Shown here piece after piece: positions 1 through 6,617 of a DNA stretch of 21,749 nucleotides; the stretch's first letter is position 1, and each line of letters begins with the position of its first letter. Source of the DNA: Elusimicrobiota bacterium (GTDB taxonomy: Bacteria > Elusimicrobiota > Elusimicrobia > UBA1565); the NCBI GenBank assembly GCA_043819795.1, contig JBDREN010000020.1, forward strand, positions 1 through 21,749, given 5' to 3'. The notes beneath the pieces were generated by a model that saw only the letters and a list, made by a program, of their open reading frames with translations, made no database searches and was not told the origin of the DNA. A program made the translations under genes and the position numbers.

Positions 1-505
1 GCGTGCCCGAACGACGCGGCTAACGATGCTGACGGCGACGGGGTGTGCGGCGACGTGGACCAGTGCCCGGGCCACGACGATAACGCGGACGCGGACGGCG
101 ATGGGACCGCGGACGGGTGCGACGCGTGCCCGAACGACGCGGCCAACGACGCTGACGGCGACGGGGTGTGCGGCGACGTGGACCAGTGCCCCGGCCACGA
201 CGACAACGCGGACGCGGACGGCGACGGGACCGCGGACGGGTGCGACGCGTGCCCGAACGACGCGGCCAACGACATCGACGGGGACGGCGTGTGCGGCGAC
301 ATCGACAACTGCCCGACGACGGCCAATACGAGCCAAGCGAACGCCGACGGGGACGGGATGGGCGACGCGTGCGACGCCTGCGCTAACGACGCGGCCAACG
401 ACATCGACGGGGACGGCGTGTGCGGCGACATCGACAACTGCCCCGGGACGGCCAACGCGGACCAGGCGGATTTCGACCAGGACGGCCTGGGCGACGTCTG
501 CGATC
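1..505 (+). repeat. Intragenic tandem repeats: two near-identical 123-bp units (1-123, 124-246), then two related ~129-bp units (from 247 and 376)
   Basis: gcgtgcccgaacgacgcggc recurs at 1, 124 and 247. aacgacatcgacggggacggcgtgtgcggcgacatcgacaactgccc occurs twice. Confidence 0.9.
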
Positions 506-1098
506 CGGACCAGGACGCTGACGGGATTGCGAACGCCTTCGACGCCTGCCCCAGCACGCCGCTGGGGGTGAAGGTAGGCGCGGACGGATGCAGCAGGGGA
601 CAGAAGGCGGAGGAGCAGGCGCAGGAGAAGGCGCAGAAGGCGGAGGAGCAGGCGCAGAAGCAGACGCAGAGGGCGCGGGAGAAGGCGCAGGAGAAGCAGC
701 GGAAGACGGAGGAGCAGGCGCAGGAGCGGGCGCAGCAGGCGGAGAAGAAGGCGCAGGAGCAGTCGGAGAGGGCGGAGACGAAGGCGCAGGAGAAGGGACA
801 GAAGGCGCTGGACAAGGCGCAGGACAAGGGGCCGAAGGCGATAGAGAGGGCGCAGGAAAGGGCGGGGAAGGCGGCCGAGCAGGCGCAGAAGCAGGCGCAG
901 ATGGCGAAGAAGAGGGCGCAGCAGCAGGCGCAGAGGGCGGAGAAGCAGGCGCAGGTGAAGGGGCAGAAGGCGGAGAAGCAGGCGCAGGAGAAGGCTCAGA
1001 AGGCAGAGAAGAAGGCGCAGGTGAAGCGGCAGAAGGCGGAGGAGCAGGCGGAGAAGAAGGCGGCGAGGGACGAGGGGAAGGCACAGAAGAAGAAGTAG
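1..1098 (+). CDS. TSP3 (thrombospondin type-3, Ca-binding) repeat protein with C-terminal Q/K/E/A-rich 11-mer repeat tail; 5'-truncated by window edge
   Basis: Frame 1 is open from base 1 (ACPNDAANDADGDGVCGDVDQC...). It has repeated DxDGDGxxDxxDxCP motifs, the TSP3-type terminal motif DACPSTPLGVKVGADGCS, and stop TAG at 1096-1098. Confidence 0.9.
   Translation, partial: ACPNDAANDADGDGVCGDVDQCPGHDDNADADGDGTADGCDACPNDAANDADGDGVCGDVDQCPGHDDNADADGDGTADGCDACPNDAANDIDGDGVCGDIDNCPTTANTSQANADGDGMGDACDACANDAANDIDGDGVCGDIDNCPGTANADQADFDQDGLGDVCDPDQDADGIANAFDACPSTPLGVKVGADGCSRGQKAEEQAQEKAQKAEEQAQKQTQRAREKAQEKQRKTEEQAQERAQQAEKKAQEQSERAETKAQEKGQKALDKAQDKGPKAIERAQERAGKAAEQAQKQAQMAKKRAQQQAQRAEKQAQVKGQKAEKQAQEKAQKAEKKAQVKRQKAEEQAEKKAARDEGKAQKKK
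598..1092 (+). repeat. 15 tandem degenerate 33-bp (11-aa) repeats
   Basis: GQKAEEQAQEK/AQKAEEQAQKQ/TQRAREKAQEK/.../AARDEGKAQKK tile 598-1092 with no gaps. The coding strand is strongly purine-rich. Confidence 0.9.
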
Positions 1099-1142
1099 GC
1101 TTCGGCGTCAGGTGTTAGCTTTGTTAACTAACCTGGGGTGGG

Positions 1143-1217
1143 GACGCCGAGGGCGACGCCTGCGACGCGTGCCCGGCCGACCCGGCCAACGACGCGGACG
1201 GCGACGGCGCGTGCGGC
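1143..1217 (+). pseudogene. Orphan TSP3 repeat fragment
   Basis: Translates DAEGDACDACPADPANDADGDGACG in frame 3, downstream of the TSP3 gene stop. An in-frame TAA lies at 1125-1127 and there is no start codon. Confidence 0.8.
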
Positions 1218-1237
1218 GGTGCTGCGATCGTCCCGGA

Positions 1238-1429
1238 TGGCTCGAATATTGAGAGAATTTGGGAAGGATCCCCCGGGGGGGGATTCGCCGTGAGAGAGAA
1301 AATTGCCGTGAAATAGAGTTGCGGGCCCGTACCGCGCCGGAGGCGCGGCACCGGCCCGCCGGATTAGGGCAATACTCAACTTGATAGCGGGCCTGCAACT
1401 CGGCTAGTCGAGCGCCTGCACGGGATGCA
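1238..1429 (+). repeat. Degenerate direct-repeat copy of the tRNA-Ala upstream region and 5' half (matches ~4623-4810)
   Basis: Three colinear blocks aligned by eye: 1238-1266 vs 4623-4651 (22/29), 1322-1357 vs 4706-4741 (35/36), 1389-1429 vs 4770-4810 (33/41). Confidence 0.9.
1389..1429 (+). pseudogene. tRNA-Ala pseudogene fragment (5' half only)
   Basis: GGGCCTGCAACTCGGCTAGTCGAGCGCCTGCACGGGATGCA. The D-loop GG is lost, the anticodon position reads GGG instead of GGC, and no T-arm or 3' acceptor strand follows. Confidence 0.8.
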
Positions 1430-1599
1430 TGCGCCGTTCTTTCTTGACCCGGCTTGATCCTGTCCGTCGGAGTCCGATTCCCGAAGGCAATACCCGCCTC
1501 AATCCTTTTCCCTGGAGCCGGCGAGGTCTACGCTTGATCGACGACGGCTTGCTGGCCGGCGAATCCGAGAATCGTCCGCTTCGCCTTAGGACGGTCTCC

Positions 1600-1893
1600 T
1601 CAGCCGCCCGACGGGTCGCCGCCCGAATCGTGATCGGTCATGTCGATGACCTCCTTGACCTCCGGGATCTGCGACCGGATCGCTTTTTCGATCCCGTTCT
1701 TCATGGTCGCCTTCGCTCCGGCGCAGCCCTGGCAGCCCCCTCCCAGCCTTACGTAGAGCTTGAAGTCATCGACCCTGAGCAGCTTCACGCTCCCGCCGTG
1801 GGAGGCCAGGGCGGGATTGATCTCGTCGGTGATCAGCTTCTGCACCTTGGCCCAAAGTTCGTCATTGGCTTGCTTCCTTGGATCGTTCTCCAT
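1600..1893 (-). CDS. NifU/Nfu-type Fe-S cluster carrier domain protein
   Basis: INPALASHGG...VRLGGGCQGC (CxxC)...MKNGIEKAIRSQIPEVKEVIDMTDH. SD GGGAGG lies upstream of the ATG. Confidence 0.92.
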   Translation of the reverse strand: MENDPRKQANDELWAKVQKLITDEINPALASHGGSVKLLRVDDFKLYVRLGGGCQGCAGAKATMKNGIEKAIRSQIPEVKEVIDMTDHDSGGDPSGG

Positions 1894-2127
1894 CTAAGCC
1901 CTCCCGTTCAATTGATGTTCCTTTCGCGTCGGCATCCCCGAACGATCGCGGGGCCGCTCATGCATGATCACGTTGTTATGATCCAGAGGATATTGTAGCT
2001 CTCCCGACGCCGATTCGCCAGCGCCTGAGCCTTTCCCCCGTGACATACTGCCAGGGTGCCTCGGGGTGATTCATGGTGATAAACTCCAGCTAAAATTCCA
2101 ACACCCGACCTGCGTAGGGTAGCGGAT

Positions 2128-2150
2128 CGAGGAGTCATGCACCAATGCCC
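2128..2150. repeat. 23-bp direct repeat, copy 1 (CGAGGAGTCATGCACCAATGCCC)
   Basis: Identical to 2582-2604. Confidence 0.95.
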
Positions 2151-2213
2151 TGTTCAGGGTCCGCAGAGGTCTTTCACCTCCTATCCTAGACAGTGCGCCC
2201 TGCCGGGCGCACC

Positions 2214-2253
2214 AAAAAACGGGGCCTGACCCCTCGTAAAGAGTCAGGCCCCG
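2214..2253 (-). terminator. Rho-independent terminator of the orphan cassette
   Basis: Minus strand stem CGGGGCCTGAC...GTCAGGCCCCG followed by TTTTTT, about 20 nt after the stop at 2276. Confidence 0.85.
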
Positions 2254-2275
2254 GGGAATGCGGACGCCGCCGCGC

Positions 2276-2581
2276 CTAATGCTGGTCGAGCGCCCCGTTG
2301 TCGGCCCAGTCCTCCATCACGCTGATCGAGCAGCCGAACTTGCGATGCCCCTCCATCTCGTCCGCCGAGGCGGCCAGGATCTGCTCGCAGCTGCACCCGT
2401 AGGTGTCGGCCGTGGTGAAGCTCTTGCGCGGGCCCTTGCCCTTGGGCGCCGCGGTGTCGAACGCGTAGGCGCCGTTCTCGCGCGTGTCCGTCACGATCGC
2501 GAACCGGTTGACGCCCAGGCGCTCGGTCGGGACCTCTTCGGGCGCCCGGGTGGCGCCGCATTGGTCGCTGGCGTTCCCGAC
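2276..2581 (-). pseudogene. Orphan C-terminal part of a TSP3-type secreted protein (Cys-containing domain), 5'-truncated at the direct repeat
   Basis: VGNASDQCGATRAPEEVPTERLGVNRFA...FDTAAPKGKGPRKSFTTADTYGCSCEQIL...GHRKFGCSISVMEDW. It starts mid TSP3-like motif and has GC3-rich codons. I recall similar domains following TSP3 repeats (unverified). Confidence 0.65.
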
Positions 2582-2604
2582 CGAGGAGTCATGCACCAAT
2601 GCCC
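2582..2604. repeat. 23-bp direct repeat, copy 2
   Basis: Identical to 2128-2150 and abuts the first codon of the orphan fragment. Confidence 0.95.
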
Positions 2605-2642
2605 CTCTCGTGGGGGTACGAGCGAAGAATAGCGAGTGTTCA

Positions 2643-2671
2643 TTGACGATACGGCGGCGACGTGTTACCCT
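2643..2671 (+). promoter_or_regulatory. Sigma70-type promoter for the HEAT-repeat gene
   Basis: TTGACG-17 nt-TACCCT with an extended -10 TG at 2663-2664, 10 nt upstream of GTG 2682. Confidence 0.6.
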
Positions 2672-2681
2672 CAGAGGACCG

Positions 2682-4265
2682 GTGACTCTTCTCTGCGCGC
2701 TGCTGATCCTGCTCGGGAGCCAGCCCCTCCACGCCGGGGCGCAGGCCTGCCGCAAGCTCAGGCCGCTCGCGGACAGGATGCGATTCGCGTTTCCGACCTC
2801 GACGCCCGTCCATATGAACTGCGGGCCGGGCGACCTGCGGTCCTCGAACTACGTCCTGCCCACCGACGCCGAGTCCCCCTACGAAATGCACGTGATCGGC
2901 GTCTACGAGGGCAGCTACCCGCCGGATGGCGCGGGGAAGTGGTCCGAGGCGACGGCGCGCGCGGTTCACGTCCTCGTCTTCAAGACGCGCAAGCCGGCGA
3001 TCATCGTCGTGAGCGCCCACAAACCGGTGTTGTGGAACTTCATCGTGAACCAGGACGCGGACCTCGAACTCGTCGTGCTCCAGGGCCGCGGCCCGCAGAG
3101 CGTCCGGGGCCTGCCGGCCGACGTCGCGGTGCTGCGCCGGACCTATGAGGAGGCCTGCGGCCACGGCTACGGCTGGGAAAGACACTACAACCTCCGCGGA
3201 GGACATTTCGGCAGGATGATCATGAGCCTCCGGTGCGCGACGGGACTGCGGGAGACCTCCTTCCAGGGATGCATGTCGGGCGCCGTCTTCAAGGTGCCCC
3301 ACTACGAGCAGGAGCCAGCGTCCTATGCCGACCGGCTGCGGGAGCCGCCGTGCCCTCTGCCGCTGCGGCCCGATATCCCGCTGGCAAGGGCCGGAAAGCC
3401 CGCCCAGGGCGCTCCCGCGCTCCCTCCGGACGATCGGCCGGAGGCTCCATCGAAAACCCGCGCCGCGCGCAGGCCCCCCGCGCGCCGCCGGGAACGCCCC
3501 GCATGGCTTTCGATGCCGGAGGATCGGACGCCCTCGGTCGAGGAACCCCGTCTGCCGGGGACAGCCAAGGGCGGTCCCGGCATGGCGGCATGGCCGCCGG
3601 AGCCGGCGGATCGGAAGCCCCGGACGTCAGGGCCCCGCCGGCAAGGGCTGGCGGGGCGCGAGCTCCCCGAGGGAGCGCTCCCGCGCGAACGGCGCCCCTC
3701 TCCCGAAGCCCTCCAGGCTCCCGGCAAGCCCGCAGGCGCCCCGGAGAGGCCCGTGCGGGCCGACGCCGAGCGGGAGCCCGCGTCGCGGACGGCTCCCGAG
3801 GCCGGCGTGAAGGCCCTGCACCGCGACGGAGAGCCGGAGGCCCTACGCCCTCCCGAGGGCGTGCCGATGCGCGGCGACCTATCCGTGCGGGCCCTCGCCA
3901 TCCTGCTCGAGGGGGACGGCGCGCTTCTGACCCATGACGCGGTCCCCGACCTCATCGAGGCGCTGGAGAAGGGCAACACGCTCCTTCGCTGGCGCGCGGC
4001 CGACGCCCTGGGCATGCTGGTCCCGCCCGCGGAGAGGGCCGTGAAGCCTCTCATGCGCGCGCTCAAGGACCCCAACCAGCGCGTGCGCTCGAGCGCGGCC
4101 CTGGCCCTCGGGAACATCGGCCCGGCCGCCGAGAGGGCGACGCGCCTGCTCAATAAGGCCCTCAAGGACGCGAACGCCGACGTCCGCTACAGCGCCAAGA
4201 CGGCCCTGGAGCGCATCGGCACGAAAAAGGCGCTGGAGATCCTGCGCCGCCACCGGAGAAGGTAA
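2682..4265 (+). CDS. Secreted protein: N-terminal globular domain, Pro/Arg-rich linker, C-terminal HEAT (PBS-lyase-like) repeats
   Basis: A GTG start gives the signal peptide VTLLCALLILLGSQPLHA. The C-terminus has AVPDLIEALEKGNTLLRWRAADALG / AVKPLMRALKDPNQRVRSSAALALG / LLNKALKDANADVRYSAKTALE. The start was moved from the ORF-track 2484. Confidence 0.8.
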   Translation: MTLLCALLILLGSQPLHAGAQACRKLRPLADRMRFAFPTSTPVHMNCGPGDLRSSNYVLPTDAESPYEMHVIGVYEGSYPPDGAGKWSEATARAVHVLVFKTRKPAIIVVSAHKPVLWNFIVNQDADLELVVLQGRGPQSVRGLPADVAVLRRTYEEACGHGYGWERHYNLRGGHFGRMIMSLRCATGLRETSFQGCMSGAVFKVPHYEQEPASYADRLREPPCPLPLRPDIPLARAGKPAQGAPALPPDDRPEAPSKTRAARRPPARRRERPAWLSMPEDRTPSVEEPRLPGTAKGGPGMAAWPPEPADRKPRTSGPRRQGLAGRELPEGALPRERRPSPEALQAPGKPAGAPERPVRADAEREPASRTAPEAGVKALHRDGEPEALRPPEGVPMRGDLSVRALAILLEGDGALLTHDAVPDLIEALEKGNTLLRWRAADALGMLVPPAERAVKPLMRALKDPNQRVRSSAALALGNIGPAAERATRLLNKALKDANADVRYSAKTALERIGTKKALEILRRHRRR

Positions 4266-4478
4266 GGGGAAAGGCTGCTCCCGGAAGTGGGCCACGAAGG
4301 AGCGCTCGGACTCCTCGAGGCCCTTCTTCTTGAGGAAGAACACGGCGTTGTCGGCGAAGCAGCCGAGGTGGACGACGGCGTTGAGGGTCGCGTCCTCGCT
4401 GCAGATGTCGTAGAGGCGCTCGCAAAAGCTCCGGTTCACCATCCGGAGGTCATCGAGCGGCTTGATGAGTCCCGTCAT
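4266..4478 (-). pseudogene. Probable 3'-truncated gene fragment of unknown function
   Basis: MTGLIKPLDDLRMVNRSFCERLYDICSEDATLNAVVHLGCFADNAVFFLKKKGLEESERSFVAHFREQPFP has coding-like composition. It has no stop before running antisense into the HEAT gene; the frame stays open to 3879. Confidence 0.45.
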
Positions 4479-4692
4479 CTGCCAGTCCGGCGTCTTGCCC
4501 CGCTTCGCCTGGATAACCCGCGCCCGCGGCAACTTATGGGCGGCGTCTATCTGTGAATCTGCCGACAGATGGGGATGTGTTGTCCAGCCGGAAGGCTCCC
4601 AGCGACGGTTTCGTTTAGCAACTGGCTTCAAAATGGAAAGGATTTGGAAAGCCTGCCCGTCTGAGACTATGGCGGCCAGGAAAAAAGTGTTG

Positions 4693-4698
4693 TAAAAT
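4693..4698 (+). promoter_or_regulatory. Likely -10 element of the tRNA-Ala promoter
   Basis: TAAAAT in an AT-rich patch, followed by a GC-rich leader hairpin (CCGCGCC-GGA-GGCGCGG). Confidence 0.5.
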
Positions 4699-4769
4699 AA
4701 CACATCGGGCCCGCACCGCGCCGGAGGCGCGGCACCGGCCCACCACTGAGGTAACACTCAGCCCATTGT

Positions 4770-4845
4770 GGGCCTGTAGCTCAGCTGGGAGAGCGCCTGC
4801 ATGGCATGCAGGAGGTCCGGGGTTCGATTCCCCGCAGGTCCACCA
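4770..4845 (+). tRNA. tRNA-Ala(GGC)
   Basis: 76-nt cloverleaf. Acceptor GGGCCTG/CAGGTCC has G3:U70, the anticodon arm is CCTGC-ATGGCAT-GCAGG, the T-loop is GGTTCGATTCC, and CCA is encoded. Confidence 0.98.
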
Positions 4846-4856
4846 CTCGACATGAT

Positions 4857-4886
4857 GAGGGACCCCGCCTTCGGGCGGGGTCCCTC
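4857..4886. terminator. Hairpin between tRNA-Ala and the convergent ars operon
   Basis: 13-bp perfect stem GAGGGACCCCGCC/GGCGGGGTCCCTC with a cUUCGg loop. There is no clear U-tract. Confidence 0.7.
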
Positions 4887-4926
4887 TCGATTCGGCCGGT
4901 CGAGTGGCGGCCTTTGTGCCGGAGGC

Positions 4927-5538
4927 TCAGCACGCGCCGCATCCGGCCGGCCGCCTTTTCGCGCCGGCCTCCCTCGCCGGGCCGGCGCCGGTCAGCGCGT
5001 CGGCCGCCTCCTTCACGATGCCGGCGGCCCTGTCCTTCACGCATTGGCCGGCCTCGACGGCGCTCCGGATGTCGGATTCCTCCACGCCGGCCTCGATCAG
5101 CATGGGGACGACCTGGTTCAGGCAGGGCTCGCAGTTGGCCGCCATGGCCGCGCCCGCGGCGACCAGCATCGGCACACGCAGGTCGGCGTCCGGCTCCGCA
5201 TCATCGAGCGGACAGCCGCGGGCTTTCTTTTCGGCGAGGTCCGTCCCGGTGAGCACGTCCGCCGCCTCCTTCAGGATGGCGGCCGGCTTGCCCTTCACGG
5301 TCTGCCCGACGTCAATCGCGGCGCGGATGTGGGCTTCTGCCACGCCGGCCTCGAGCAAGTCCCGAAGGGACTCCTTGAGCACGGATTCGCTGTTGGCGGC
5401 CACGGCCTCGCCGGCCGCGATCAGCAGCGACACGTTTCCGTCCACCAAGCCGGAGCCGTCCTTCGAGCCGTTCGCCGGCCCAAGGCACGCTCCTCTCCCG
5501 TTTCCATCGCTCTCGCATCCCGTGACATTCTTTCTTAT
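4927..5538 (-). CDS. Tandem carboxymuconolactone decarboxylase/AhpD-like domain protein
   Basis: Two homologous halves: LIAAGEAVAANSESVL...IRAAIDVGQTVK and LVAAGAAMAANCEPCL...IRSAVEAGQCVK. The start is uncertain: in-frame ATA at 5538 with a strong SD, or TTG/GTG at 5448/5445. Confidence 0.82.
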   Translation of the reverse strand: MRKNVTGCESDGNGRGACLGPANGSKDGSGLVDGNVSLLIAAGEAVAANSESVLKESLRDLLEAGVAEAHIRAAIDVGQTVKGKPAAILKEAADVLTGTDLAEKKARGCPLDDAEPDADLRVPMLVAAGAAMAANCEPCLNQVVPMLIEAGVEESDIRSAVEAGQCVKDRAAGIVKEAADALTGAGPAREAGAKRRPAGCGAC

Positions 5539-5717
5539 GACTCTCCTCCCGATTTATCTGTTTCTGAACGGCGCATCCAGACTCCGGCCAGGGGACATCC
5601 CACGACCGAGGCGGGACATGTCAGGCAGCGGCAGAATCCGAAGCAGAGGACCTCTTTGCCGGTGGCCGCTTCATGGCGGCGGATCCTCTCTCGGAGCGTC
5701 TCTTTGGTTTTTGGCAT
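5535..5717 (-). CDS. Small Cys-rich hypothetical protein (60 aa)
   Basis: MPKTKETLRERIRRHEAATGKEVLCFGFCRCLTCPASVVGCPLAGVWMRRSETDKSGGES. An SD-like GGTGGAG precedes the ATG, and the ORF fills the gap between arsM and the CMD gene. Confidence 0.6.
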   Translation of the reverse strand: MPKTKETLRERIRRHEAATGKEVLCFGFCRCLTCPASVVGCPLAGVWMRRSETDKSGGES

Positions 5718-5749
5718 TTCTCCACCTTCATCGCGTACGTTCGGCATTC

Positions 5750-6556
5750 TCAAGCGCGAGGCTTGAACGCCTCGATGGTCGCGGAGACCACGTGGTCCGC
5801 GATATCGGTGCCCGGCGTCATCGTCCGGATCGCTTCACGGCTTTCCTCCTTGGGCCGGATGCGGATGTCCTGGAACCCGATGGCCGTCAGGATCTTGCGC
5901 AGGTCATCGATGAGGGCCGCGCCCGCGACGCAGCCCGCCCATTTCGCCATGTCCTCGCGGACCGCATCGGGCAGCTCCTTGGTCGCCACGATGTCCGATA
6001 TGGCGAGGCGCCCTCCCGGCTTGAGGACCCTGAAGGCTTCCCCATATACGGCGGGCTTGTCCGGGGAGAGGTTGATGACGCAGTTGGACAGGATCACGTC
6101 CGCGCTGTGGTCGGCCGCGGGCAGGTGCTCTATCTCGCCGAGCCGGAACTCCACGTTGAGGTAGCCGCTTTTGGCGGCGTTTGCCCGGGCCTTGCCGATC
6201 ATCTCGGGCGTCATGTCCACGCCGATCACCTTGCCCTCGGGCCCGACCCGCTTGGCCGCCAGGAAGCAGTCCAGGCCGCCGCCGCTTCCCAGGTCGAGGA
6301 CCGTTTCCCCTGCCTTGAGGGCCGCGATGGCCGTGGGGTTCCCGCATCCAAGGCCCAGGTCGGCGCCGTCCGGTACCGCGCCGAGCTCCTTCTCCGAGTA
6401 GCCCACGGCTTTGGAGATGCTTGAGGCTTCCTTCGTCCCGCACCCGCAGCCCGGAGCCGCTGACGCCGGGCCGCAGCACCCGCTCGATTCACGGGCGATC
6501 CGGGCGTAGCTCTCGCGGACCGATGCTCGGATGTCGTCGTCTTTTGTCTTGCTCAT
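5750..6556 (-). CDS. arsM: Arsenite S-adenosylmethionine methyltransferase
   Basis: N-terminal GCCG, LGLGCGNP, SAM motif VLDLGSGGGLD, GVDMTPEM, SNCVINLSPDK and WAGCVAGA. SD AAGGAGG precedes ATG 6556. Confidence 0.95.
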   Translation of the reverse strand: MSKTKDDDIRASVRESYARIARESSGCCGPASAAPGCGCGTKEASSISKAVGYSEKELGAVPDGADLGLGCGNPTAIAALKAGETVLDLGSGGGLDCFLAAKRVGPEGKVIGVDMTPEMIGKARANAAKSGYLNVEFRLGEIEHLPAADHSADVILSNCVINLSPDKPAVYGEAFRVLKPGGRLAISDIVATKELPDAVREDMAKWAGCVAGAALIDDLRKILTAIGFQDIRIRPKEESREAIRTMTPGTDIADHVVSATIEAFKPRA

Positions 6557-6578
6557 CTTCCGCCTCCTTTTATTGATA

Positions 6579-6596
6579 TATCGATAAATATCTATA
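6579..6596. promoter_or_regulatory. Putative ArsR operator 2 (between arsR and arsM)
   Basis: TATCGA-taaata-TCTATA imperfect palindrome with the same half-sites as 6941-6958. Confidence 0.7.
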
Positions 6597-6617
6597 CGTA
6601 ACGGCAAAAAAAAGCTC

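Noticed and set aside
1108..1135. AT-rich GTTAG...CTAAC hairpin resembling integron attC cores, and CTTTGTTAACT resembling a XerD arm
   Set aside because: The core order is wrong for attC, there are no L boxes or integrase, and there is no XerC arm at dif spacing.
2128..2604. 23-bp repeats as a CRISPR array
   Set aside because: There are only two copies, 431 bp apart, and no cas genes.
4890..4929. Selenocysteine read-through at the CMD gene end (GCGAC-TGA)
   Set aside because: There is no convincing SECIS hairpin, and read-through would run into the terminator hairpin and tRNA.
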